The position numbers and the translations under genes were made by a program. DNA of 64,000 nucleotides from Salpingoeca rosetta (lineage: Eukaryota; Protista; Choanoflagellata). The DNA is taken from NCBI GenBank assembly GCA_033442325.1, contig JAWQFM010000007.1, positions 1,396,351 through 1,460,350 of the forward strand, in the 5' to 3' direction. How positions within the stretch are numbered: position 1 is the stretch's first letter; each line of letters starts with the position of its first letter. The notes beneath the pieces are model-generated. The model ran no database searches. It was not told where the DNA came from and saw only the letters and a list, made by a program, of their open reading frames with translations. Positions 37,651-58,001 of this stretch are shown here, piece by piece.

Positions 37651-39800
37651 ACACACACACACTCACACACACACACACTCACACACACGCATGCACGCAT
37701 GCACTCACGCACGCACGCAACGCACTCCGCCCAATTTCTCTGCGCAGCACATCAGGCGTTCTCTGTGTCGCACCGCGGGGTGCTGGTTGCCTTTGACTGC
37801 CACGAACACACGCATCTCATCTCCAGCAAGCGCGGGCGTGCACTTGAGCTGTTTGTTGAACACCTCACGCAGGCGCTGCTGCGACTAGCCGGCGGCCGCT
37901 GTATCATCAGCAGCATCAACACCCCTGGCGCTTCTTGGTCCGTTGATGACGTCAAGTACAACGCCATTGAGCTGAAGGTGCGACAGCCTCCCGCCACGAC
38001 TCGCCCCGTGCTCTTGCGTCCGTTGATGTTCGTGCATTTGCACGTGTGTTTCCGCACCATTGCTTGTGTTGTGCTTTGTTTTGGGGGTGTTCGTGCTTGT
38101 GTATGACAATTGGGTTTGCGCTCATTTCCTCCGCCCAATGTGTGCTGTTCGGTTTGTGGTGTGGCAGAGTGCAGTTCAGTTTGCGCTGCAAGCACGCGAA
38201 GCTGTGTCCATTCGGTACGCTAGGCTGTGGTTATGGACTTGCAAGCAATGTTACAGGCGGGTTGTTTGTACGACCACGTGCATGTGCACGCTCACTGTTT
38301 TAGCTCTCGCCTGACTTCACATGCTTATGACCACAAACGCATGCACAACACATTCACTGTTGCTTGACTCGCTGTTGCAGCATTCACAACTGGACGGGTG
38401 ATCGGTTCATGTCGATTCGCAAGAACATCACGCTTTCTATCAGCACCAACGACGGTTCTCTTCTTCTCGCCCCAACAGCGCCTTCCCTCGGTGTGCAATA
38501 CACAAATACACACAAACACACACACACACATACAAATACACACACACAAACACTAACACACACACGTTGAGATGTTTTCTTGTCGTTTTTGATAGTGTTT
38601 TGGCGCGCCGTTTGCACTGTGCTTCGTTCGCACGTTTTCTACCCTTATCCCCTTCTCCCCTGCTCTTCCTCTCTACCCGTGTTCTGAAGCGCTATCAACA
38701 CATCCACCGCGTAACACACAACATGCACAACCTCACCGCCACACGCCTGTGCTGCTGCTGCTGCTGCTTGATGCTTGCTTCATCAGGGCTTGCTGTCAAG
38801 ACGGCGGTGTTCCCCACGCTTGATGATGCACACACGGCCCAGCGCTTCCCCACCGTGCAGAGTTAGTCACGTTCACAGACGGGACCTGTGACAAGTGGGG
38901 CATTGTGTGCAGGGAATAGTCAAAGTGACAATGCTTGATGCGTGTTCTAAGACTGTGTGATTTGGTATCTACGTTGAACATGTTAAACAGTGGTACTGCA
39001 ACTTGCTCAAACATTCATACACACCATGACTCCCTCACTCACTGATTCTCCCAAATGGTGACACCAACACACTTCCATGTACACCCTGACTCACACTCAC
39101 ACACTCACCCACTCGACCGGTTGCAGGCACTTCGCGCGATGTGTTACTGACGCAGCTGGGCGGGCAGGTGGCAAACGCTCACGCGGACAACGATATGCAT
39201 GCGGTGTTTGGGAAGACCGTTGTTCGCTGTGCACTGACGGGCGACTGGACGCTCTTGCCCTCGCTCGTGCGCTACTTCTCCAGCGCTGCCGACTCGTTGC
39301 TTGCATGCAACGAAGTGCTCACCACGCTCATCAGCCTGCAGGCGCTCGAGGTGGAGTCTGACGAACTGGACGCCACGCTGCAGCGCCAGCGCCAGGCAAC
39401 GAGCATGCAGGCACGCGGGCTCGTAACGCGCGTACTCAAGTACCACGCGCTGCACCTTCCACACGAGCTACAGGCTCGCATTGTGTCGCACTTGCTCGGC
39501 CCGATGGGCAGCGAAGACCAGCGGCACATTCGGCACGTGCAGGGGTTCTTGCACGTGCTGCTGCGCGTGGTTGCGCATCAGCTGTTTGCCGTGCTCGATG
39601 ATGTGCGGGATGCGGTGCGCGTGCAGCTGTCGGTCCTGCGCGCCGCTGGACTGAAGGACGAGCGAGACGACACAACAGGAAAGACAGTCGCAGGCGGTGC
39701 GCGGAATGCACGGCGCCAGTTTGCATCGGACAAATCATCCGACCGAACAAAGAAGACGGTCGTGTTGGAGGACGACCAGCCCAGCGGCTGGACTATTTAA
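32384..39800 (+). CDS. Large uncharacterised multi-exon protein with two RIIa/Dpy-30-like dimerisation/docking motifs (internally duplicated)
   Basis: ATG 32384 to TAA 39800, with coding blocks between GT-AG introns. D/D-like helices VQEYLKSTGFTQWLRDNVQALVTQPLLPYNPY and ITQYLIDTRMDETLRQLLLE|VVGQTSLPANPY. Internal exon boundaries are only partly resolved. Confidence 0.65.
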
Positions 39801-40185
39801 CCACCATGCATGCGTGAAAACGTTTACATGAGTGTGTGAGTGAGTGTCTGTGTGTCTGTGCATGTCTGTGTGTGTGTGTCTGTGTGTCTGTGTCTGTGTG
39901 TATGTGTCTGTGCCTGTGTGTCTGTGTTTGTGTGTTTATCTCTCTCGCCCTGTCCCGCCCCTTCATGTGCATGTCATCACTTTCATGCTGCGCTTGGTGT
40001 ATAATTGCTGTGTGGTTGAGATGGCTGGTGTTGTTGGTGCATCCGCCCAAGGGGGAGCGAGTGTGTGTGTGTGTGTGATTGACGATAACAGCCTCTAATA
40101 AACTTGGTGCGTTACATCTTGATGGAGTGTGATGGGTTTCCGACGAAGCTCAAGTGCTGACACCCACAAATGGGTGCACTGGGAG

Positions 40186-47418
<7,233 letters not shown>

Positions 47419-47669
47419 CGCGAACGATTCCTCCTCTGTGTGTGTGTGTAATTTATGGTGTTTGCACACAACACCCCATACGACTCCCAGCCACCAGACA
47501 TTAATCAACCAATCACTGCTCCTCTTCTTCTCAGTGCGTCTGGCCGCCCATCTCTCTCTCTCTCTCTCTCTTTCTCTCACTTCCACGTCTCCTCTCGCTG
47601 CTTCACTGGTGTCGCACGTGTGCTTGCAGCACCTCTCATCTGTTCACGTCGCACGAATTGGGTTGCGGG

Positions 47670-48598
47670 ATGCCGCCGCGTCGAGCCAGGGCATCGGCTG
47701 CAAAGCCGCAACAGCCCGAACCCAAGAGGGAGCCCATCGCCCTCTACCCTGTACGCTGCTCCATGCTTGCATATGTGTGTGTGTGTGTGCGTGTTTGCAC
47801 GCATGCCACATGCTTGGATTGGCTTGGCTTGGCTTGACTCACCAGGCGTTTGGCCTGCACCACCTCTCACGCCCACACACGCACGCCAACACGCGCGCAC
47901 GCACGCACGCACGCGCACACATGGTACAGCAAATCGAGACAAAGGTGAACGAAGACTTGCCCACAGACATCCCCGCCGATGAGATTCTCAACTACAAGAG
48001 GTAGGCAATGCAATGTGCAGCTGACACGGGTGTGGACAACACACACGCGTGCGCGCATTCACGCACACATGCACAAGTCATGGATTTTACCGCTGGCATC
48101 AACCTTTGAATGGAATGACGTGTTTGCTCACGCACGCACCTGCTCATTGTTATTGTGGTTCAGACACTTTGATCAGACTGTGAAGCAGCTTCCATATTAT
48201 CTCAAGGAATCCGCAGAGCGCCACTGTACGTTGGGTGTCGTCGCAGAGCAAGCACTGGCCTGCCCTGTTTGTCATGGTGTTGGGCTCTGCACATGCTGGT
48301 CGCGCATGAATGCTTGCTTGCTGGCTGCTTGCCTGTCCCGTTCACTTCATTGAAAGCCATGCCCATGTTCTGTCTTCATCCCACCTCCCCCTCCCCATCT
48401 CTTTTGTTGTGCTTTGCTTCTGCATGCATTCAACCATTCAAGGGGTGGTGCGGTACTCTGACAGCCTCGTGAGCCAAGCGTCTGCCAAGACCGGCAGCAG
48501 CTCCGACGTTGCATGGGACCTTGGTGCGCACACGCGTGTCTGTGTTGTGTATTTGTCTGTAGATGTGTGTGTGTGCGCGTGTGTGCGCGTGTGTGTCG

Positions 48599-48665
<67 letters not shown>

Positions 48666-49659
48666 GCTGTCGTTTGCTCTCTTGCACCCTTTGTTTGTTG
48701 ACACGACTCCACAGCACATTTCAACACGACAATGTGTTCTCCTTTTTGCCAGCATCATCAATGTCTCCTGCAGTACTGTATCGCACTCACCAGCAACACA
48801 CACACACACGCACACACTCACTCACTCGCTCACCCACTCACTCACTCACTCACTCACACACACACACACACATACACACACACTCACTCACTCACTCACG
48901 CACAGGATGGCCCATGCCAACAGAGCTGATGGCTCGGCCACCGAAACGAAAGAAGACAAAGACATTTGGGGGAGACCTGCAAAGATTATCGGTGTGTCCC
49001 TGCGTGTGGCTCTCTGAACTGTTTCGTTAGATGGCTTCTCTCCAAGTTTCTTCTGTTTGAGACCTAGTCATTGCCTGTGTTATCACAACACCGTCGCTCA
49101 CACACTCTCGCCCAACTCACACACATTCACACTCTTACTCACCCAACTCACTCACGTGTACGCGCACCTCCGCAACCGTCTTCTTGCTTTCCGCTGTTCC
49201 CTGGTCCTGTATGCGACACCAACAGCGAAACGGCGGGCCGGACGACGACGAGGATGAAGACGAAGATGAAGGGCAGCCGCGGCCCGAGGAGGAATACGAC
49301 GAAGAGCAAGAGGAAGAGGTCGGTGGCCCGTCGACCTTTGTGTGTGCTGTGTATATTGTGTGTTTGTGTGTCTGTGTGTGTGTCTGTCTGTCTGTCTGTC
49401 TGTCTGTGTGCGCGTGTAGTGTGTGAGAGTAACTTCACATGCTTCCCTGGTTCTTTTTTGTGTTGCTTGCCACCTCTGTCTTGTCCGTCTATCTTATCTG
49501 GCTGTGCGTGCGCCTCACTGCCCCCCTCCCCTTCGCTCATGACTCACATCCACACGCACGTGCACATGCCAGGGTGGTGATTACTTGGCGAGCTACTTTG
49601 AGGATGACGACGACACATATGAACGTGCAGAAGGCGGCGAGGAGGAGGAAAACTTCTAA
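47670..49659 (+). CDS. POLR3G: RNA polymerase III subunit RPC7/Rpc31 (POLR3G-like), multi-exon
   Basis: ATG 47670 MPPRRA...PIALYP|QIETK...KRHFDQTVKQLPYYLK...VVRYSD...WDLGWPMPTELM..., an acidic EEEYDEEQEEE stretch, then GGDYLASYFEDDDD and TAA 49659. This fits the Rpc31 P-Y-F/Y, RYS, P-x-E-L/M and DY-x-x-SYF-E/D-D motifs. Confidence 0.85.
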
Positions 49660-50162
49660 CATAACCCACAACGCCGCTGCTGCTGCTTCTGCTGTTGCCG
49701 CTCTCGTGTGATGATGACTCGCCCCTTTTAAACAATACACAAGACTGCGTGATATGAGATGAGGCTGCTCAAACACAGACAGACAGACAAAGAGAGAGTC
49801 GCAGCAGACACACGGACAGACAGACAGACAGTGTGTGTGTGGCAGAGAGGTGAGGAGCACTCCCACCCCACCACCACAACGAGGAATGAACACGACAAAC
49901 AGTAGTGCAGTGCTGACACGCCTGCGCCACGTGTGTGTGTGCGTCGTCCGTATTTTTGGCGCACCTGGTGGTGGTGTCTTGTGCAACGGCCAACCACTGA
50001 TTTGCGCCTCTGCTTGTCACCCTCCACGTTGACACTCACTCATTCACACCAGCACTGACTTTGAGACACAACAACAGCAGCTACTACCGTCTGCCTGTCT
50101 ACTCTCTCTCCCTCTTGCTTGAATCGTCACTGCCAACCAACCAACGGCCAGCCAGGCACGAA

Positions 50163-51440
50163 ATGGTTGAGAAGAACAGCGCCAGCCACGTCAACGGTGG
50201 CAAGGCGAACGGGGCCACGGCCGCGTCCTCCACCGCCACCACGGCATCTTCGTCGATGCGATTGGGGAAGGGCGCTGTTCGGCGGCGCCGTCGCACCATG
50301 GGCCTGCATCGCAGCAAGAACTTCCTGCAGCGGCAGCGCGCCCGTCTCAACTCCGGATCCAAGAGGGAGAAGGCTCTCTCCTTGCTCCAGCTGCTCTTCT
50401 ATGTTGGCGTCGATATCCTCACCGCCAGCGTCACCGCCACCATCTGGTTCTTCGCCGGTATCTTCCTCTGGTTCTTCTCCCACATCCACGACGCCATCCT
50501 CTCCCGCATTGTCGGCTTCCACTACCTCTACAACGTCTCCTGGGAAGACCCGCGCGTCGACAGGGAGGCCCTCAACCTCACCGAGGACGACCACGTCATC
50601 ACCATCGCCTCCGCATGTACGCCCACCAGCCTCATCAACCACCACCAGAACCATGCACGCTTGCACATAATAATAACTGCACATAGTGCGCGACTCGCAT
50701 GCACGCACGTACACACACACGCACACACACACACACACATCCTAATGCATAGCACTGCGCACAGCAGGATTCACATCCACATCCACACTGACACTAACGC
50801 ACCTCCTTTCCCCCCTTCAACCTTCCGTTGCACTTCTCCTCACATCTGCACCACGTTTGGGCCAACAGGTGACAATGTGCTCGACTTCATCATTGACGGG
50901 GCGCGTGTGACGGCTGTTGACCTGAACGAGTGCCAGCTGGCCCTGTGCGAGCTCAAGAAGGCCGCCATCCTTGAGCTTGGCTTTGAAGACTTCTTCGCCA
51001 TCTTCGCAGAGCAGGACATCAAGCTTCTCAAGGCGTGAGTTTGTTCAGTGTGCCATGCTGATGGTCGTGTGTGTGTGTGTGCGCGTGCGTGTGTGTGTGT
51101 GTGTGTGTGCGTGCGTATGTGTGTGACAATGTAGCACGCCCCATGTGTGCAGCTCAGTCCTCACATCACCGCCTCCTGCCGTCACCATCGCCCACACACA
51201 GCAAATTCGCGCATCTCAAGCGCCACCTTGGTCCCCACTCTCTTCGCTTTTGGGAGCGCACGCTTCGCCGCGGGTACGTTTGTGTAGCGTTCGGCAACCA
51301 TGTGCCGGAGGTGTGTGAGTGGTTTCCAAGGAATGCAGAGGGGCGCAGACATGTGGTGTTGTCGATACAGAGTGTGAATGCTGGCGACGGTTCGCGGCGT
51401 GCACCCAACCCCTTTGTACTGACGCCCCCCTCTCCACTCG

Positions 51441-51514
<74 letters not shown>

Positions 51515-52108
51515 GTTTGGCGGGTTCATGTATTCCGGGTCCTCTGGCTGGCTGGCGTTTATGCTCTTCCGCGTCCTCTTCCCCGTCATTGGCATGGGCT
51601 GGGTCCGCAAGGCTCTCCTCGACGGTGGGTGTGGGAGGGGGTATATGTATCTGTGTATGTGTCTGCGTGTGTGAATCTCCGTGTGTATGCATGTCTGTGT
51701 GTACAATGTGCGTATGCACAACAAGAAGAGTCCGTGCACCTGCCTTTGCTGGTGTTTTTTTTGTGTGTGTGGTAAGAGCGTGTCATGACCAGTCAGCCCT
51801 GCACTGACACGCCCTTCAATACCATCACATCACACGACGACAGGTGTCGACCAGGCCACGTTCCGCCGGAAAGCGCAGCAGCACGCAAAGCGACTGGAGT
51901 TTATCGCTTGGGTTGCAGACAGCGTCCTCGTCCCCATCTGCGCACCGCTCGCTGGCGTCCCCGCAGGTATTCGCGCGCGTGTGTGCACGTGTGGGGGGGG
52001 GCGGATGTGTGTATCTGTGTGTGTGTGTGTGTGTGTGTGCGTGCGTGTGTGTGCGTGTGTGCGTGCGTTTGTGCGTTTGTGCTTGTGTGCACGCTTTATA
52101 TGTGTGCC

Positions 52109-52144
<36 letters not shown>

Positions 52145-53376
52145 CGTGCCTTTCACTTGTTATTCATTGCATTACTCATCACTCGCTTACTTCTGCTTTC
52201 TGGTACCGCCTGCATATGCCATCCTACCCCCTCCCCCCACCTCGTTTCCACCGCCTCCTTCTCCGCAGCGCAACTTGGCCTTGGTGACCACCGCGAGGGA
52301 AATGTGCACACCATTATGGAGCGCGTGTTCCTGCACACGGATGTTGTCAACGACAACTACTTTTTCCTCGGCTACATCCTTGGCAAATACACCCGCACCT
52401 GCTGCCCGCGCTACCTCAAGGTCTGCACTGCGGGGTGTGCACTTCTTGTGGGTGTGTGGGTGTGTGGGTGTGGGTGTGTGTGTGGCTGTGTGTGCGTATG
52501 TGCGTGTGGGTGTGTGTGCGTGTGCGTGTGGGTGTGGGTGGGTGTTTGCGCTGTTGTGTAAATGCCACAGCTTTGCTGTACCCTGCCGTCCGTGCGTGCA
52601 GCCTTATCCAGTTCTTGCATCCACCTTGCCCCTCGGCACCCCCACTGTTCCTTAACCCCCCCCCCCCTCTCCCCAACCTCCACGCATGTTGCTCTTGCTT
52701 TCGCAGGAGGAGCACTTTGGCAAGTTGAAGCGGTACATCCGGCAAAACCGGCTTGACCTGTATCACGGCACGCTTGCCGACCGCTACCGCGACGACATGA
52801 GGCAAGTTGTCCCGCCCACATACACCGCAGCTATCATGCTGGACCATCTCGACTGGATGGACGACGCAGGTGCGCTCCCATATGACTTGTATTCACACAC
52901 ATTCATGCCATTCGCAAACATGCACAAGCAAATACACGTACACTCATACACACAAACACATCTTACGTACACAAAATACACACATACACACAGAGACACA
53001 CGACGCACACACAAACACGCACAACATACCTGTTCACATCCCCTATCCCATCCGCTGTGTGTGTGTGTGTGTGCGTGCAGGGGTGAATGAGGAGCTTGCG
53101 CTGCTGTGGCCGCTGCTTGACGACGATCGCGGCCGCATTCTCTGGCGCTCGTTCAGCGACACGCCGCACCGCGCAGCCCTCAAGTGGATGGACAGCACGC
53201 GTGTTGATGACGGAAGCAGGGACCGCACGGGCATGTACTGGGGAGTGTGGGTCGCGGAGAAGAAGACATGCGGCGTTCACCCCGAGGACATCACGCCTGG
53301 CCTCTTCTGGAGCCCGCAGCCGCCGTTCAGCCTGGTGAGCAGCCGTGCCATATGTGGGGAGGGAGGGCTTGGCTGG

Positions 53377-53454
<78 letters not shown>

Positions 53455-53927
53455 TACTTGTTGTTGTTGCTGTTGTTGCTGTTGCTGCTGCTCTTGTTGC
53501 TGCTGCTCTTGTACTCGTTTAGGTTCTTGTTCTTGCTGTTACTGCTGTTTCTGGCCGCACTGTAGCTGCACGCTCCTTTTGTTGTTATCGACAGCTAATA
53601 GCGACCTCTTCTCGTTCCCCTTGTCTCCGCTGTCACGTTGCGCTCAGGTGGACCAACTGCTGACGGGGCTGCGCATCGTTAGCTTCCCTGTGCTGCAGGC
53701 ATTTCGGTCCGGTATGAGCAAGGCCCAGTGCCTCTCTGGTGTTGCCGCCGATGACCTCTCCCGCAACAGACACGCCCACAAGATTGAGGCCTTCTACCAG
53801 TCCCAGGCAAAGTGCGACCGGCTGCCGCTGCGTGGGTGTGGGTGTGTGGGTGTGTGTATGGGTGAGACGTGTGCGCAGCTGACACCTTCCTATTTTCCTC
53901 ACAGCACGACCGCGCACACACACACAC

Positions 53928-53981
<54 letters not shown>

Positions 53982-55436
53982 AAACGCACGAATGCGTGCG
54001 ACAGGGCATACGACGCGTTTCGCGAGAATTTCCTGCATGCGCGCAAGGCGCTGGCGACATCGCTGCCGCTCAAGAGCGATGAGAAGTTGGTGTGGATTGA
54101 CGTTGGTGCCGGTACTGCCCGCAACCTCGAGTTTTTCCCTGTCGACACCCTCCGCCGCCGCTTTGCAAAGATCTACATCCTTGACATCTCAGCCAGCCTC
54201 CTGTGAGCCTGTGAACCGAGCGGGCATGTGGTTGTGTGTGTGTGCTTGTGTGTGTGTGTGTGTGTGTGCTTGCATTCCTTACTCTCCTATCCTGCCCTCT
54301 TCGTGTTGTTGATGGCGTTCACTTGCCATGTTCTCACCTCCTTGTATTTCTTGACTTTAATTTTCCAGGAACGTTGCCCGCCATCGCATCGAGCGTGCTG
54401 GTCTCTCTGACATTGTTGAGCTTGTTCTTGCAGACTTTACCGACCTCTCCGAAGCAGGGCAGCAGGCCCTCCCAAAGCCAGGCACTGCACATCTCGGTAC
54501 AGCGCATGGCGTTGTGAGTGCGTGTGCGTGTGCGTACCTTGTGTGCGTGTGCATGCCTTGTGTGCGTATATTTCTTTGTCGTGCACGCACACGTGTTTAT
54601 GCGTTTTCGCACACGCACACACACGCACGCACCCTGCCGTCTGCGGAGCCCGACTTACACACAAAAGTCTCACCACTCATGCACTCGGCAACGCCTGTCT
54701 CTCTGTTTGCAACAACAATGCAGTGACGTTCAGCTACTCGCTGTCGATGATTCCAAACAAGACGGCTGCACTGCAGCAGGCCGCCCGCCTCCTCCACCCG
54801 GACGGCGCCATTGGCGTCGCAGACTTTTTCCAAGCAGGGCCAGCCCACCACCAGGTGCTGTGGCGTGTGTGATGTGTATCGATTTGTATGTAACTGCGTG
54901 TCTGTGTGTCTGTGTGTGTGTGTGTGTGTGACTGCGTGTCTGTGTGACTGCGTGTGTGTGCGTGTGTCTGTGTGTGTGTGTGTGTGTGTTTTAGTTGGTC
55001 TCTGTGTTGTGTTGTGTTACTCGTGCATTTGCACGTTGATGTTTGAGCTCACGTCCACCTTCCTCCCTCCCCATTCCCTGTACATGCATGCACACGCATA
55101 CACGCGCACACTCCCCGCCTCTTCATACTCGTGGTGATGTGCTGTTTGCTGCAGCACAAGCCCGTGTCGCGCATGCTGTCTCGCCTGTACGACCTGGGCT
55201 GCAAGCTGTGGTTCCGCCAGGATGGCGTGCACCTGCTGTCGGACCATCTGTTTGACACGGTGCTGGAGCGGGACAACGGCGTGCTGGCCGTGTGCACGGA
55301 GCGCTTCCGTGGGCAGGTGCCCCTCATCCCCGTGCTCCGCCCCTGGCACGGTGTCTGGGTTGGAAAGCGCGCCCAAGACGACGCTGAGGAGGAGGACGGC
55401 GATGATGAGGAGCAGCCGTCCACCAGTCAGGAGTGA
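50163..55436 (+). CDS. BTA1: Bifunctional betaine lipid (DGTS) synthase: N-terminal hydrophobic segment, BtaA (DUF3419, 3-amino-3-carboxypropyltransferase) then BtaB (SAM N-methyltransferase); 13 exons
   Basis: BtaA motifs: [75 protein letters not shown] and DRTGMY. BtaB motifs: [53 protein letters not shown] and WFRQDGV. Confidence 0.92.
53377..53510. repeat. Compound (GTT)n/(GCT)n trinucleotide repeat in a BTA1 intron
   Basis: gttgttgtt...gctgctgct tract. It produces the spurious polyL/polyC/polyV ORFs. Confidence 0.9.
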
Positions 55437-55962
55437 CAACCAAGCAAGCACGCAAGATGAACGCTTGATGTGAAAATGTCACTAGCATTGCCGTTCTCGG
55501 CACTGTTTCTGTGCGTGCGTGTCTGTATGTCTGTCTCTGTGTTCGTGTGTGTGTCTGTGTGAGTGTGTGTCTGTCTCTGTGTTCGTGTGTGTGTGTGTGT
55601 GGGTGTGTTCTAGTGCCATGTCGAACCATCAGATACAATACAAGAGGAACAACAGTGTAAACACGAAAACAAGAACTGATGACGTCACACAAACACTTGC
55701 CTTTTTTTGCTGACTGCGCGGTTTTTGTCATTCCCTGTCAAATTTGACGTGCGGCGGTTTTCTGATTGTATGCATCGAATCATTTTGCACTCCCCAACGA
55801 AACCAGAGAGTCGCTTATCGCGTTCCAGCGCAAGGCCAGCAGCCAGTCTTCCACTCACACACCACCACACCACCCCGCACCAAGGTCATCATCCTTTCGT
55901 TTGGCCGACCCAGCCCGCCAAGCAAGCAAGGAAGCCTGCTGCCCTGATCACGTCCAGCTGTC

Positions 55963-57134
55963 ATGGCTCAGCAAGGTCAGCAGCAGCCGCAGCAGCAGCA
56001 CCAGGCGCCGCAGAATGTCACCACCAGCGACTACTCCCGCCTCTATGGCGTGGCACCAGCGCTCATGGGCCACCCGCGTCTCATGTTCCCTTCCCAGCAG
56101 TTCCCTCAAGGTTTGCACAGCCCGAACGAACGCCTTCCCTGCCTATCCCCTCGACCACATGCATGAATCTCTGCCTATGTCTGTGTGTGTGTGTCTGTAT
56201 CTGTGTGTCTGTGTGTTTCTGTGTGTGTCTGTGTGTTTCTGTGTGTGTTGTTGTTGTTGTGGTGGTGGTTGCTGTCGTCATGCGCCACCTCTCACCTTCA
56301 CACCTTCACAAACACACCCGACAAACAACAACAACAACAACAACATAGGCACTGAAGCTGGCGTCACAAACGCCATGATGTCGGTAAGTCGGTCATGATC
56401 TACAACACAAACACAGAGCCCACGCACCTCAGTGGTGGTTTTTTTCGGTGCTGGGCCGTGCATTGTCCCCCGCCCCCACCACCCCAACCCACCCCAATTC
56501 ACACCACTCGACCTGCTTTGCCGCGCTTCTTTGTCCAGTCATACATGAGCGCCCAGGCCGCCGGACGACCCGCTTATGTCTCCTTCCACCGTAAGTGCCA
56601 ATGCGCGTGTTTATTCACCTCTCCGATGCAATTCGCTGGATTCTGTTGAATGGTTCTGTTTCCATCACACCTGTCTGTGCTCACATGTTCACATGCACAC
56701 TGCGTGCTCCTGATGTGTGCGCCTGCAGCAATGATGTCCATGCCGCAAATGATTCCGTTCAGCGGCTCCATGGTGAGTGTGACGGCGCGCAGTTCAACAC
56801 GTCGCAACCTCCCGCTCCTTTTGCTCTCGGTGTGCTCGTGCTCTCGCATGCAGCCCCACTCTCGCCCTGCGTGTACATACGGTGGCCCTTCTCACCCTGA
56901 CCTTCCGCGATGCATACTCTTCCCAATCACCACAAACCACGTGCGCCAGCCGTATCTGCCGGCACACTCTACGAGCCTGCCGGCCATGACGGGCGGCATG
57001 CCCCAGCACATCAACCCGGCTGCCATGATGTCCCAGGAGGATATGAGCCGCTTCGCAGTCATGCCACAGGTCCGTCATTCGTTCGTGTCTCTGTGTGTCT
57101 GTGTGAGTGCGTGCGTGTGTGGGGGGAGGTTACT

Positions 57135-57169
<35 letters not shown>

Positions 57170-57951
57170 ACTTGTCTGTACTCTTGTGTCTGTCTGTCTG
57201 TGTCTGACAAACATGTGTGCCTGTCTTGTCTGGCTACATCAACGGCCGCGGTCTTGTCCATTGCACTGCGGGTGCTGTCCTGTGGCTCTGCGCTGAGCCT
57301 CACCTCACCGCCTTTCCTTGCGCGCGTGTCTCTGCACCCTGCCCGTCCTCCAATACTTGGACCATCACGTCACGTCATGCTGGTGCATTGGTGCGCCTGC
57401 TCTGCAGATGCAGAAGAAGACGCCCCGCAAGGTTTGTTTTCACGCTTCAAACACCTTCGCTCAGCTGCTGTTGTCTCTTATTGCCATCACAGCGTTTCGC
57501 CTGATCCAAGCATGATATCAATCACAACGCCGCCACTAACTCAGTTCAATCAACTTTTTTCCTTGACCGCATCTCATCTTGCTCGCGGCGTGTGTGTGTG
57601 TGTGTGTGGTGTGCGTGTGTCTGTGTGTCTGTGTGTGTCTGTGTGTCTGTGTGTGCTCCGCTCTCGTGTGTGTCACACAGGGGAGCATCCAAACGCAGGA
57701 AGATGAGCTGGCAACCAACATCCCCGACCTGTCAACAACAAAGCCAGAGCCGCCAGCCAAGCGCTCAAAGTGCGTTGATTGCATGATTCATGAAAGCATG
57801 TATGCTGCCACTTACACTTGCCTGGTCTCAACATGTTTGTGGCTCTTCTCACGTTTGTTCTGTCGCCTGCATATTTTCTTTATCTTCTGCTTCTTCTGTC
57901 TTCACAGGGCCAGCCGCAAGCCTCGCTCGAGTACGTCCTCAATCGGCACAC

Positions 57952-58001
<50 letters not shown>

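Noticed and set aside
49031-49045. Possible 15-nt microexon (MASLQ) in POLR3G
   Set aside because: It would need an upstream intron of only about 40 nt, and the frame is already maintained without it.
55680-55714. CRE palindrome TGACGTCA and AT-flanked half-MARE TGCTGAC upstream of the 55963 gene; also a half-MARE near 2556
   Set aside because: Short motifs like these are expected by chance in 64 kb, and there is no conservation or binding evidence.
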